From NCBI GenBank assembly GCA_045863295.1, contig BTWA01000009.1:96001-160000 (forward strand): a DNA stretch of 64,000 nucleotides. The letters are read 5' to 3'. Below the pieces are notes generated by a model. That model had not been told where the DNA came from, did no database searches, and saw only the letters and a program-made list of their open reading frames with translations. Shown one piece after another: positions 28,879 to 37,783 of this stretch (positions within the stretch are counted from its first letter, which is position 1; every line of letters begins with the position of its first letter). Source of the DNA: Candidatus Hydrogenedentota bacterium. GTDB lineage: Bacteria > Hydrogenedentota > Hydrogenedentia > Hydrogenedentales > SLHB01. Both the position numbers and the translations under genes were made by a program.

Positions 28879-30275
28879 CGTAGCAAGTTCGTCAGACGCT
28901 GCATGGCGAGGCCCGCGATGACTGTGTAGAACGGCTCCGTCATGAATCGGAACCGATGAACTTCGAGTATTTCCAGTGCGATTCCCATAAAGGCGACGTA
29001 TGCAATCGTGAATAACATGTATGCGAGCAATTGCCTGTCCGCAGGTTCCGCCTTGATGGCGATCGTTGCGCCGATAACCACCAGCAGAACAAGTCCCCCA
29101 AACAAGCCTGGGTAGACCGTCCGCCCCAACAGCGCACGGCCGGACTCGGGCACGATGCACTTCCAATACAGGATGCGGTCCCACGCGTCCAACCAAGGCT
29201 TCAACACAGCCACGTTTGGCGATTCGTAGCCGTAGTGTGACGGCGACTTGAAGTAGTTGACGAATGCCTGTGTACACGTGAGGACATAGGCGGAAGGCCG
29301 ATACGCGAAGGCGGCCCATGCGTCGCGGCCGTAGGCTTGCGAGATGGCAATTTGAGCGAATTGATTGTAGTTCAGTTGCCCGCTCGACTTGGCTTCCTCT
29401 GACAAGCAGGGCACGCTGGCATAGGGTCCGGGATGCCGGTATTCGGGTGGGTAGTTCGAGACGGCGGTGAAGCGGTTGCGCAGTGAAACGGGGGAGAGCA
29501 CGCCTTCGGCCACCAGGTGTTCCCGTTCGGCCCACGGTAGATTGCCGGCCGTTTTGATCCACAAGTGTTTGCCTGTCCAGGTGCAGACAGTGAATTGGCC
29601 AAACTCGAATCTGTTCTTGACATAGAAGCTGGACAGGGCGAGCAGCGCAACCGTCGCACAGACAGCGGCGCGACGACGGTGCCTTGAAACGATGATAACC
29701 CATGCGGACACGATCGCAACATACACGATGTGAAATACAGTGCGTATTCCGCCGAGAAGAAACAGGCACGCAAAGAAACCCGCGTATGCACCACGGGTGC
29801 GGTTTCTTGACGCGGCGTTAAGACACACCGCGGATATCACGACACATGCGGCACAGGGCAACTCATACAGGAGCATGTGCTCGTACAATAAGAATGACGG
29901 GGACACCGCGAACAAGGAGCTTACTCCGTAGGCGAGTCCAGGATTCACCCCCAGCCTGCGCTGCAAGCGGTATACGGAAACGTAGACAGCAAAACCGGCG
30001 ATCAGATTCGCGGCGTGAAAAAGAATGGCTGCATGGACGCCGGCGAGCTTCAAGACAACGCCTATATATGCATTAAATAGAGGCGGTTGGATGTGCAGAT
30101 ACCAGAGTGATTCCCACAATCGGTCACGTAGTAGCTGCGGATCCAGATACTGCATGAAGACGCCCAGTGCGGAATCATCGAACCGGAACCCGCAACCGTA
30201 CGCGACGATGCGTGTAGCGCAAAATGTAGCCGTAAGCGCCAGGGCAGATTTCGTTTTATCAGCGCTGAGTTTCAT
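28848..30275 (-). CDS. Polytopic membrane protein, GT-C/ArnT-like glycosyltransferase candidate
   Basis: HIQPPLFN, SPSFLLYEHMLLYE, C-terminal RFRFMTEP; about 10 TM segments. Confidence 0.65.
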   Translation of the reverse strand: MKLSADKTKSALALTATFCATRIVAYGCGFRFDDSALGVFMQYLDPQLLRDRLWESLWYLHIQPPLFNAYIGVVLKLAGVHAAILFHAANLIAGFAVYVSVYRLQRRLGVNPGLAYGVSSLFAVSPSFLLYEHMLLYELPCAACVVISAVCLNAASRNRTRGAYAGFFACLFLLGGIRTVFHIVYVAIVSAWVIIVSRHRRRAAVCATVALLALSSFYVKNRFEFGQFTVCTWTGKHLWIKTAGNLPWAEREHLVAEGVLSPVSLRNRFTAVSNYPPEYRHPGPYASVPCLSEEAKSSGQLNYNQFAQIAISQAYGRDAWAAFAYRPSAYVLTCTQAFVNYFKSPSHYGYESPNVAVLKPWLDAWDRILYWKCIVPESGRALLGRTVYPGLFGGLVLLVVIGATIAIKAEPADRQLLAYMLFTIAYVAFMGIALEILEVHRFRFMTEPFYTVIAGLAMQRLTNLLRKKQVRLVRC

Positions 30276-30396
30276 AGCTCGCTATCATGGCACGGGCACG
30301 ACTCCACGCGGTAAGGGGAAATTGCGCGGAAAGTGGAGACCGCGTGGCGCAGAATTGCCGGTCACAAGCACGCGTTGCGAGCCCGGACTATCTCTA

Positions 30397-32712
30397 TCAG
30401 AACGAAACTTCCCAGGCAACGTCGCCGGGTTGTGTCGTAATCACGGTCAAAGTGGTGATACGGTCATTTTGCATATAGCCGATATCCATCGCTCCGGCAA
30501 CTCCTCTCGTCGGGAGCATTCCTTCGGGCGCGAGAATACGAATTGGGTATTCGCCGGGTCGCGGCGCGCTGACCACGCCGGTCAGGGTTTTGGACGATGC
30601 GTTCCATTCGCCTTTTACGGTACCCGCGTCTGACTGGAGGACGTGTGAACCCGCGGCGAGGACACTGGGCACATCCCTGTGCGGGGCGATGACGAAAAGC
30701 CCATGGCTTTCCGGAGCGACCTCCACGTCAACCCCGCCTTGCGCTGTGCCGTAGTACTTGTCTTCCCAAAGATTATAAACAGTGCGGTATGTTTCGGCGT
30801 TGAGGCCCATGGCCGCGAAGTCGATACGAATGGTCTTTGGCTTACTGGCATCATCGTTCATGACCGCCGCAACGAACGTGTCAGTCAGGCCGGTCTTCGA
30901 GACCCAGACCTGCGGGCGCTCCTGCAAGAAATAGTCGAGAGGCAGGGCTGGCCGGTCTGCGGCCGGCATCAGTTTTCTCAAGGATTCAAGCGCATTGCGG
31001 GGGATGTGCGAAGGAACCCCGCTCAAGTGTATCGGGCCGCCCAGCATGGCCCGCAACGTAGCTTCGGACAGTGCGGCTGGGGCGTTGGTCGTAAACGACT
31101 CCAATTCAATGGGAGCGCCGCCCGCATGCCACAGGGCGGGATGTTCGTACCATGTGTCGGCGATGTGGCCGTGCGGCTTTTCGATCATGTAGCCGTCGGC
31201 AAACGTGGCGATAAAGGGCATGTGCAAACCGGCATAAATGGGCCGGTCTGGACCCAGAGCCTCGCGCGCGAGGGTCAATACGCGGCGAATTGCTTCTACA
31301 CGGGTGAACGCCTTGTTACTGAACCTCTCGACGCACCAGAGCGCGTGCAGGTCGGCGATGGGAGTGGCCGCATCCAAGTGCCACTCGTTTACCGCCCGGG
31401 CGATGGAATCGCGCATGTGTTGTTCCACCTCGGGTAGACCGATATCGAGCACGCGCCTATCCTTTCCGACCCAAATCTGGCCGTTTGTTGTGGCGGGCGC
31501 GATCCAGTCCGGATGTTCGCGTACGATGGAGGAGTCCGCAGGTACGGTGACGAGGTTGAGTGGCAGGCCGATATGAATGTTCTGCTTGCGCGCGGATTCG
31601 ACAACGGATCCGAAGTTTTCCGGGGCGATATTGGCTGCTGCTTCCAGAGGGGCGTTGTTTAGCGGCCATGCGTGGCCTAGCATGGCGTAGTTCCATCCGA
31701 GCGCTGTGTAACGTTCCGAGAGGTTTTCGGCCTCGTACATCAGAGCGTCGTTGCTTTCAATTTCGTCCGACAGCACGATGCCTTGGGGCGAGGATGTCTT
31801 GCGATGGGTTGTCTTCTGTACGACCGCGACTGCCTGGCCGAATCGTTCGAGGCCCTTGACGGCAGACTCGTCGGTTACTCCCAGGTATACCGTCTCGGAC
31901 TCAAGGCGTCCGCCGGGCGGGACCTCAACGGGCGGGTCGTATACATTGGCGATTTGAAAGCGTTGAAAGCGGGGTCCGATATTGCGTGCGTCGGACCAGA
32001 TCTTCTTGTCCGGCGCGGCGGTAGTGGGGAGCGCAAGTTCAATGTAGGTCACCGCGCGATCGTGTGTGAGTGTGCCTGCAATCAGGCTGCGGCCGTTCGC
32101 GGGATTCCATAGGGCCACGTTCCACCAACTCTTCGCGTCCGCGCCGCGAACAAGGCGCGGCCCTGGGGCGTCCCAGGGTAGGCCGAGGCGGCGAACGGAC
32201 GCGATGGATTTCTGTGTGGCTTCTCCCAGCGTGACGCCGCCGGTCTTCTCATCCGTGGTTACCGGCATCAGCATCTTGATCTTGACTGGTTTTGCCGTGT
32301 CGTTCACATAGACAGCCTGAAACACGAGAAACGGCTGCGCGGTATAGGTTCGTATACCCCACTCGCAGTTTCCTTTGCGCAATATGATTCCCTGACCCTC
32401 GCCGAGGCGATCGTTCACCGCCTGGCGCTCGCTGAAACGGCCTTCAAGTTCGAGGGGTTCTGGGTATTCTTCGCCATCAAACCAGACCATCGGCAATACG
32501 TTTGCCACGATGGGTGTGCTTGGGCCGCTTAGCAAGTTGATATCAAGCCGTCCGTTCTTCTGTACGGACACTTCATAGGAACCGCCCGAGACCGTGCGCA
32601 GTTCCTGTCCAGGCCGGTAGAGCGGAGCAGCCATCGCACAAAGGGATTCCGCGAATGCAAGGAGGCAGCCGCACGCCAGACGGACGATTTGTGTTTTTCT
32701 ACTACAAGGCAT
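30397..32712 (-). CDS. Secreted GH36/GH27 alpha-galactosidase-like protein, probably degenerate
   Basis: Signal peptide; DSSIVREHPDW, LDIGLPEVEQH, PLDYF, C-terminal beta domain YNLWEDKYYG; catalytic Asp motifs not seen. Confidence 0.6.
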   Translation of the reverse strand: MPCSRKTQIVRLACGCLLAFAESLCAMAAPLYRPGQELRTVSGGSYEVSVQKNGRLDINLLSGPSTPIVANVLPMVWFDGEEYPEPLELEGRFSERQAVNDRLGEGQGIILRKGNCEWGIRTYTAQPFLVFQAVYVNDTAKPVKIKMLMPVTTDEKTGGVTLGEATQKSIASVRRLGLPWDAPGPRLVRGADAKSWWNVALWNPANGRSLIAGTLTHDRAVTYIELALPTTAAPDKKIWSDARNIGPRFQRFQIANVYDPPVEVPPGGRLESETVYLGVTDESAVKGLERFGQAVAVVQKTTHRKTSSPQGIVLSDEIESNDALMYEAENLSERYTALGWNYAMLGHAWPLNNAPLEAAANIAPENFGSVVESARKQNIHIGLPLNLVTVPADSSIVREHPDWIAPATTNGQIWVGKDRRVLDIGLPEVEQHMRDSIARAVNEWHLDAATPIADLHALWCVERFSNKAFTRVEAIRRVLTLAREALGPDRPIYAGLHMPFIATFADGYMIEKPHGHIADTWYEHPALWHAGGAPIELESFTTNAPAALSEATLRAMLGGPIHLSGVPSHIPRNALESLRKLMPAADRPALPLDYFLQERPQVWVSKTGLTDTFVAAVMNDDASKPKTIRIDFAAMGLNAETYRTVYNLWEDKYYGTAQGGVDVEVAPESHGLFVIAPHRDVPSVLAAGSHVLQSDAGTVKGEWNASSKTLTGVVSAPRPGEYPIRILAPEGMLPTRGVAGAMDIGYMQNDRITTLTVITTQPGDVAWEVSF

Positions 32713-32740
32713 GATTCCATCCAGGTGTAAAAGGCCGGGG

Positions 32741-33769
32741 CTATCCTCTGACGGATACCTTTCGACCGGTGCTGTTTGATTTGTAGGCCGCCAATGCAAC
32801 GGCAAGCGCATCCTTTCCCGCTTGGCCGTCCATGGAGAATGGCACTTTTTCTTCAACGACATCGAGCCAATATGCTATCTCGACGGGCCAGCCTCCGGTG
32901 GCGGGTTTCTTGTCGAGGACCTTCCACGTCGCTACGCTGTCCGAGCCTGCTGAGGCTTTTCCAGTGCACAGTTGCAGCCCCTTAGCGTAGTCGCAAATGA
33001 TGGAGCCCTTGACGCCGTAAATCTCTATGCCGTTAAAACCCGGCTGGCTGGTCCAGCCGGCCTCGACATATCCCAATGCGCCGCTTTCAAATTCCAGCAT
33101 AAGCACGGCATTGTCGTCCACGTTGATCTTTTTCACCAGTGTCGCTGCCGTCGCACTGACTGATGCGACGGGTCCCATTAGCCATAGGCATTGATCGATC
33201 GCGTGAATGCCCATATCAAACATGGCTCCGCCAAATGCTTGTTTCTTGTCATAGAACCAATCATCCTTCGCCCAGCCGGGTATGGGGCCGCCATGAGCGA
33301 ACCGGACGCGAATCATGAAGGGCTTGCCAATGGCGTTGCCCATTAGCAATTTTTTGCACGTTTCCGGGCCGCGATACAGGCGGTGCGTGAAGCCAACCAT
33401 CAGTTTGCGTTTCGCCTTTTTGGCGGCGGCAATCATCCGGTCCGCCTCGCGCAGCGTGACGGCCATTGGTTTTTCGCACAACACGTGGCACCCGGCTTCC
33501 AGCGCGGCAATCGTAGCTTCCGCGTGGAGATAGTTGGGTGTGCACACACTGACCACATCGAGTTGCTCCTTCTTGAGCATTTCCCGATAGTCGGTATATC
33601 CCTTGGCGCGAGGATATCGTTTCAATACTTCGGTGTGCCTTGCCTTGGCGGGGTCCGCAAACGCCGCAAAATTCGATCTGGAATCCTTTGCATAGCCGGG
33701 AATATGACAGGCCTGCGCTATAGCCCCGGCGGCAATGACACCGGCCTTGTACGTGGCATTCTTTGCCAT
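32741..33769 (-). CDS. Gfo/Idh/MocA family oxidoreductase
   Basis: GVIAAGAIA, VCTPNYLH, HVLCEKPMA, GGAMFDMGIHAID. Confidence 0.95.
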   Translation of the reverse strand: MAKNATYKAGVIAAGAIAQACHIPGYAKDSRSNFAAFADPAKARHTEVLKRYPRAKGYTDYREMLKKEQLDVVSVCTPNYLHAEATIAALEAGCHVLCEKPMAVTLREADRMIAAAKKAKRKLMVGFTHRLYRGPETCKKLLMGNAIGKPFMIRVRFAHGGPIPGWAKDDWFYDKKQAFGGAMFDMGIHAIDQCLWLMGPVASVSATAATLVKKINVDDNAVLMLEFESGALGYVEAGWTSQPGFNGIEIYGVKGSIICDYAKGLQLCTGKASAGSDSVATWKVLDKKPATGGWPVEIAYWLDVVEEKVPFSMDGQAGKDALAVALAAYKSNSTGRKVSVRG

Positions 33770-33946
33770 GCGAAACGCTCCTCGGTTTCGCGAAAGTGTA
33801 CGGGCCGATGGCGGGGGATGCAAGAAGGTAACAGGCGCAGGCGTGGAACCGCCCCGGTCAAGCTCATTTGCCGCTGGACAGGATTCTCACGCCATGTGAA
33901 TTCCGGCCGTTCGTGGCGGCGGCGTTGCACCACCGCCACGCGCGCA

Positions 33947-34486
33947 TCAGTCGTGGTACCGGTTGCTCAGCACCGCCGCCATTTGTTCCGGACTCTGGTT
34001 GCTTGCGAGCCGTTGCAGGTCATCGATCGTGTAGGGTCGTTTGACCAGTTTTAACTGAAGCTCGTCGCGCAACTTTTCGCGCTCGACGTCGCGCTCGAAC
34101 CGGCTGATGGCCCGGAGCATGTCCTGACGGCTGATACGGCCAATGGGTTTTCCGTCGGCCATCACGGGCAATACGGCGAAGTTGGTCGACAGAAACTTCT
34201 GTGCGACACTGAACAGGTCTTCATCCGGTTCGATCGCCACTTTCATTTCGGACATGAAATCCGCGACCACGCCTTGTGCCAGTTGTTCATAGGATGCATT
34301 GGTGAGCACGCGAAGACAGTCTTTCTCCGTGAGAATGCCCAACAAGCGTCCTTCGCTGTCGAGTACGGGAGCCCCGGAAGCCTTTTTGCTTTGCAGGATG
34401 TGAATGGCGTCATACACATCCATGTTCGGCGACAAGGACACGTACCATTTGGCGAAGAATTCGCGTGCGGTAGGAACTTTGACCAT
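33947..34486 (-). CDS. CBS-domain protein
   Basis: SGAPVLD.EGRLLGILTEKDC; LPVMADGKPIGRISRQD; RBS AAGGAGG before ATG 34486. Confidence 0.9.
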   Translation of the reverse strand: MVKVPTAREFFAKWYVSLSPNMDVYDAIHILQSKKASGAPVLDSEGRLLGILTEKDCLRVLTNASYEQLAQGVVADFMSEMKVAIEPDEDLFSVAQKFLSTNFAVLPVMADGKPIGRISRQDMLRAISRFERDVEREKLRDELQLKLVKRPYTIDDLQRLASNQSPEQMAAVLSNRYHD

Positions 34487-34780
34487 GTGCCACCTCCTTT
34501 GTTCAAGGACGGCGCTGCCCTGCGCCACCCATGGCGTTGGTCACAACCCTCAGCTTCGTTATACCAGACAAATCGCCATTTTTGGGGATTATTTTTTGAT
34601 GCAATCTAAAGGTGTTGATGGCAGATAACTTAGTGCGGATTCGTGAACGAAAGTGCAATTACAGGGGGCGCTGTGCAACGCACTTTTAATTGAGTTTTTC
34701 TGCACGATTCAGTCTCGCCAATGCAACAAGCGGTGCCCATAGATAGAACCTGTTTTCATGCTGACCAGGGAGATTGTTTC

Positions 34781-35488
34781 ATGGGCTACCCATCCGCAAA
34801 GCCACTGCGTACCGCCGCCGTTCATCAAGGTTTCTATACGCCAATTCACGATCGACTGTTGTACTCGAGCGCCTTTCAGTCCCTGACAAACGCGCAACAA
34901 ATCGTGCTGATCGAGATGTATCGCGATTGGTGGAAGACCTCACAATGCGGTGCGAACCCGGCCATCGTCTTCGCCTTTGCCTACAACACGGGCCGGCTCG
35001 TGCGCGAACGGGCGTTTTACGAAGCGCTCAAGCGCATCGTTGCATTGGGATTCTTCGAATCGGTTGAGTCCGGTCGCATGGGCTTGGCCAACCGCTTCCG
35101 CATTTCGCGCCTCTGGCAGGAAGGCCAACGCGTTGCACACACCGCGCCCCTCGCGGAACCCCCACCGCACGCTATGCCGGATGCGCCCGCGTCTGCCGCA
35201 GCCGCGTCTGATGTGAAACCACAAGTTTCGTCCGCACGAAAGGCAGGCCTATTAAGAAAGAAAATGGATCAAGAAAAAATTCTAGAACCGAACTGGGTTG
35301 AATTATTTGATTTGCTGAAAAAGAAATGCATTCCCGATGCGGATGCGCGGGAGATACTCAACCTTGTGCGGGAGTCGCCTCAGGCCGAACCCTATCTCCG
35401 GATGGCGCTCCGCATGACTCACGGCCAACCCGCCGCCATGAAGGACAAACTTTCGCATTGGCTCCAGTGGGAGGGAGGCGACGCCTAA
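34781..35488 (+). CDS. Hypothetical protein with N-terminal winged-helix-like domain
   Basis: LLYSSAFQSLT.AQQIVL...FYEALKRIVALGFFE...NRFRIS pattern; Pro/Ala linker; GGGAG RBS. Confidence 0.55.
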   Translation: MGYPSAKPLRTAAVHQGFYTPIHDRLLYSSAFQSLTNAQQIVLIEMYRDWWKTSQCGANPAIVFAFAYNTGRLVRERAFYEALKRIVALGFFESVESGRMGLANRFRISRLWQEGQRVAHTAPLAEPPPHAMPDAPASAAAASDVKPQVSSARKAGLLRKKMDQEKILEPNWVELFDLLKKKCIPDADAREILNLVRESPQAEPYLRMALRMTHGQPAAMKDKLSHWLQWEGGDA

Positions 35489-35510
35489 TGTGGCAAAGTC
35501 GAGTTCTATC

Positions 35511-35590
35511 GTCCCGCCGGGACTTTGCGGATTGCGCCTGTATACCCGCCCTTGAAAGGGCGGGCTATCGTCTGGTGTCCCTCCGGGACT
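35511..35590. repeat. REP-like composite palindromic element
   Basis: GTCCCGCCGGGACT ... CCCGCCCTTGAAAGGGCGGG ... GTCCCTCCGGGACT: two near-identical terminal palindromes around a central hairpin. Confidence 0.65.
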
Positions 35591-35760
35591 GTCAAGGAGG
35601 ATTGCTGGTTGCTGTTCGTAAGGCGTGATTGTGTTCAGCAATCTTGCCTTTGGCCGGTACGCGCAATACACTATCGCCCTTGTATGGGGGAGCGCTTTGG
35701 GTTCCCCTGATTGTATAGAGGTTATTCTTCGCTACGGCGAGGTGTGGAAAGGGGTCGGGC

Positions 35761-37041
35761 ATGGCCGGCAAGGGTGTGGCGGAACGGTGTGAAGGGTATT
35801 TGAATGAGGTGCAGAATCACCTTCGGGATGAGCTGCTGCCATTCTGGCTGACGCATGGGGTGGATAAGGAATACGGCGGCTACCTCACGTACCTCGACAA
35901 GGACGGCAACCCCACTGGCGAGACGTTGAAGACGCATCTGTGCCAAACGCGGATGATCTACACCTATTCATCGGTGCACCGTGCGGGGTTTGGTTCCGGG
36001 GAGTTTCTGGAAAATGCGCGACAGGGCGTGAATTTCATGATCGAGCATTTTTGGGACGACGATCACGGCGGATGGTTTTGGACGGCCCAGCAAGACGGGA
36101 CGCCTGTAAACCAAAGCAAATTGACCTACGGCCAATCGTTCGCCATTTATGCCCTGAGTGAATTTCAGATGGCCTCAGGTGACTACCGGGGCCTTGAGTG
36201 GGCGGTAAAAACCTACGAGACCATCGAGGCGCTGGCGTCGGACAACAACTACGGTGGCTTCTACGAATTTCTGGAGCGGGACTGGCAGCTCAAGCGGCCC
36301 GGCAAGTACGGCGGCGACCGCAAATCCTTCGACGTGCACATGCACCTTATGGAGGCCTTCACGAATTTGTACGAGGCCACCGGCAAGGAAATTTACAAGC
36401 GCCGAACGGTGGAGATCATCTCGCTCATCTTTAATCGGATACTCCATCCACATTCGCGATTGGGTGTGGCCCAGTTCATGCTCGACTGGACGCCGACGCG
36501 GCAGATTCTGTTTAACGACGTGTGGGGATCCGACCGCGATGCGGGCGAGGATCAGGGCCGTCCGCTGGACAACACCAGCTTCGGTCACAACGTCGAATTC
36601 GGCTGGCTATTGCTTCATGCCATCCGCATCCTGGAATTGGATGTGGAAGAGTACAAGCCCGTATTGAAGAAGATTTTCGACCATGCCGCGCAATACGGCG
36701 TGGACTACAAGAACGGCGGTATCTTTTGCGAAGGATCACACGGCGGCGAGGTGACGGAAACCAACAAGGAATTCTGGCAACAGGCAGAATGCCTGGTGGG
36801 ATTTCTAGATGCCTATCTGCTGTTCGGCGATGAGAAATACCTGGATGCCTACGAGGCGGTGCACCGATTCACGATGGACCACGTCATCAACCACAAAGTG
36901 GGCGAGTGGTACCCGTTGTTCGACAAGGACAATAACCGGCTCTGGGATTACATGGCCCATGCGTGGAAGATCAACTACCACACCGTGCGCAGCATGGTGC
37001 AATCCGAAGCGCGGCTGTTGAAGATTCTGGCGGCAAAATAA
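35761..37041 (+). CDS. AGE family epimerase (cellobiose 2-epimerase / N-acylglucosamine 2-epimerase)
   Basis: LLPFW...D..YGG, QTRMIY, TYGQSFAIYAL, HMHLMEAFT, SFGHNVEFGWL, FWQQAE, GEW, WK.NYH. Confidence 0.93.
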   Translation: MAGKGVAERCEGYLNEVQNHLRDELLPFWLTHGVDKEYGGYLTYLDKDGNPTGETLKTHLCQTRMIYTYSSVHRAGFGSGEFLENARQGVNFMIEHFWDDDHGGWFWTAQQDGTPVNQSKLTYGQSFAIYALSEFQMASGDYRGLEWAVKTYETIEALASDNNYGGFYEFLERDWQLKRPGKYGGDRKSFDVHMHLMEAFTNLYEATGKEIYKRRTVEIISLIFNRILHPHSRLGVAQFMLDWTPTRQILFNDVWGSDRDAGEDQGRPLDNTSFGHNVEFGWLLLHAIRILELDVEEYKPVLKKIFDHAAQYGVDYKNGGIFCEGSHGGEVTETNKEFWQQAECLVGFLDAYLLFGDEKYLDAYEAVHRFTMDHVINHKVGEWYPLFDKDNNRLWDYMAHAWKINYHTVRSMVQSEARLLKILAAK

Positions 37042-37093
37042 AGCGGCACGCCGCGGGCCAAGTTCCGTTGGGTGCCACCATCCAATCCGCGTG

Positions 37094-37286
37094 AGCGGCA
37101 TTGGGAGGTGTGTATCGAAGCGGTTGCCTTAGTTTGCCGCATGCAACGTTGTTGTGAACGATGGCCTGCGGGTGGCTGAACCTCCTAACGCTCTGTCGTG
37201 CGTTAGAAGGTGGCGCCCTGAGGATGGCGTGTTGAGAGGGGTGTTACCTTCCAGTTTCCGTTAGCGGCATTGGGATGTGCGGATCG
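37094..37286. repeat. Imperfect 24-bp direct repeats flanking a hairpin-containing segment
   Basis: AGCGGCATTGGGAgGTGtGtATCG (37094) vs AGCGGCATTGGGAtGTGcGgATCG (37263), 21/24 identical; internal CCTCCTAACGC/GCGTTAGAAGG stem. Confidence 0.6.
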
Positions 37287-37298
37287 TAACTTACCCAA
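37284..37298 (-). pseudogene. hicA toxin stub (MGKLR only)
   Basis: TTG GGT AAG TTA CGA overlaps the hicB stop as expected for a coupled hicA start; HicA-like sequence stops at the direct repeat and the frame closes after about 31 codons. Confidence 0.45.
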
Positions 37299-37512
37299 CG
37301 GCGATGTCGACGCGGGTCACGTACACTTCGTCGCTCAGGCGTGCGGCAACTTCGGATGGGGACGCGGATTCAAGGAAGAGTTCTATGGCTTCTTTGAGAT
37401 TCTGGCAGGCCTCTTCGATGGTTGCACCCTGGCTGGCAATATCAAGCTCAGGACACAGGCTCACGTAGCCGTCCGATTCCCGTTCGATGATTGCGGTATA
37501 TTGCTTCGTCAT
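37291..37512 (-). CDS. hicB: HicB-family antitoxin (short, RNase H-fold only)
   Basis: YTAIIERESDGYVSLCPELDIASQGATIEEA..NLKEAIELFLE. Confidence 0.88.
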   Translation of the reverse strand: MTKQYTAIIERESDGYVSLCPELDIASQGATIEEACQNLKEAIELFLESASPSEVAARLSDEVYVTRVDIAVG

Positions 37513-37589
37513 GGTTGAATCCCGCCAAAAGGTACTGCTTCCATCCCTTAGTTTACGCTATCCGGGAGGATTTGGGAAGTGCGAACACT

Positions 37590-37777
37590 TTGGCCTGCGG
37601 AAGCTTGCATCCGCCTTGCCCGAGGGTGCTTGTTCCCGCGCGATCGATCGAGTCCTTTACGATATGCAAGCTGGCCAGTGCGAAATCTTCCAGTCTTCCG
37701 CGTAAGCGCTAGCTTATTCCTTCGAAACCGCAAGCGAGCTTGCTTCACTAAGGCGGAAGCGAGCTTCCGCGGTCCAT
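37590..37777. repeat. REP/REPIN-like inverted repeat element
   Basis: TGGCCTGCGGAAGCTTGCATCCGCCTT near 37591 and its near reverse complement AAGGCGGAAGCGAGCTTCCGCGGTCCA near 37750; each is itself palindromic. Confidence 0.65.
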
Positions 37778-37783
37778 AGAAGC

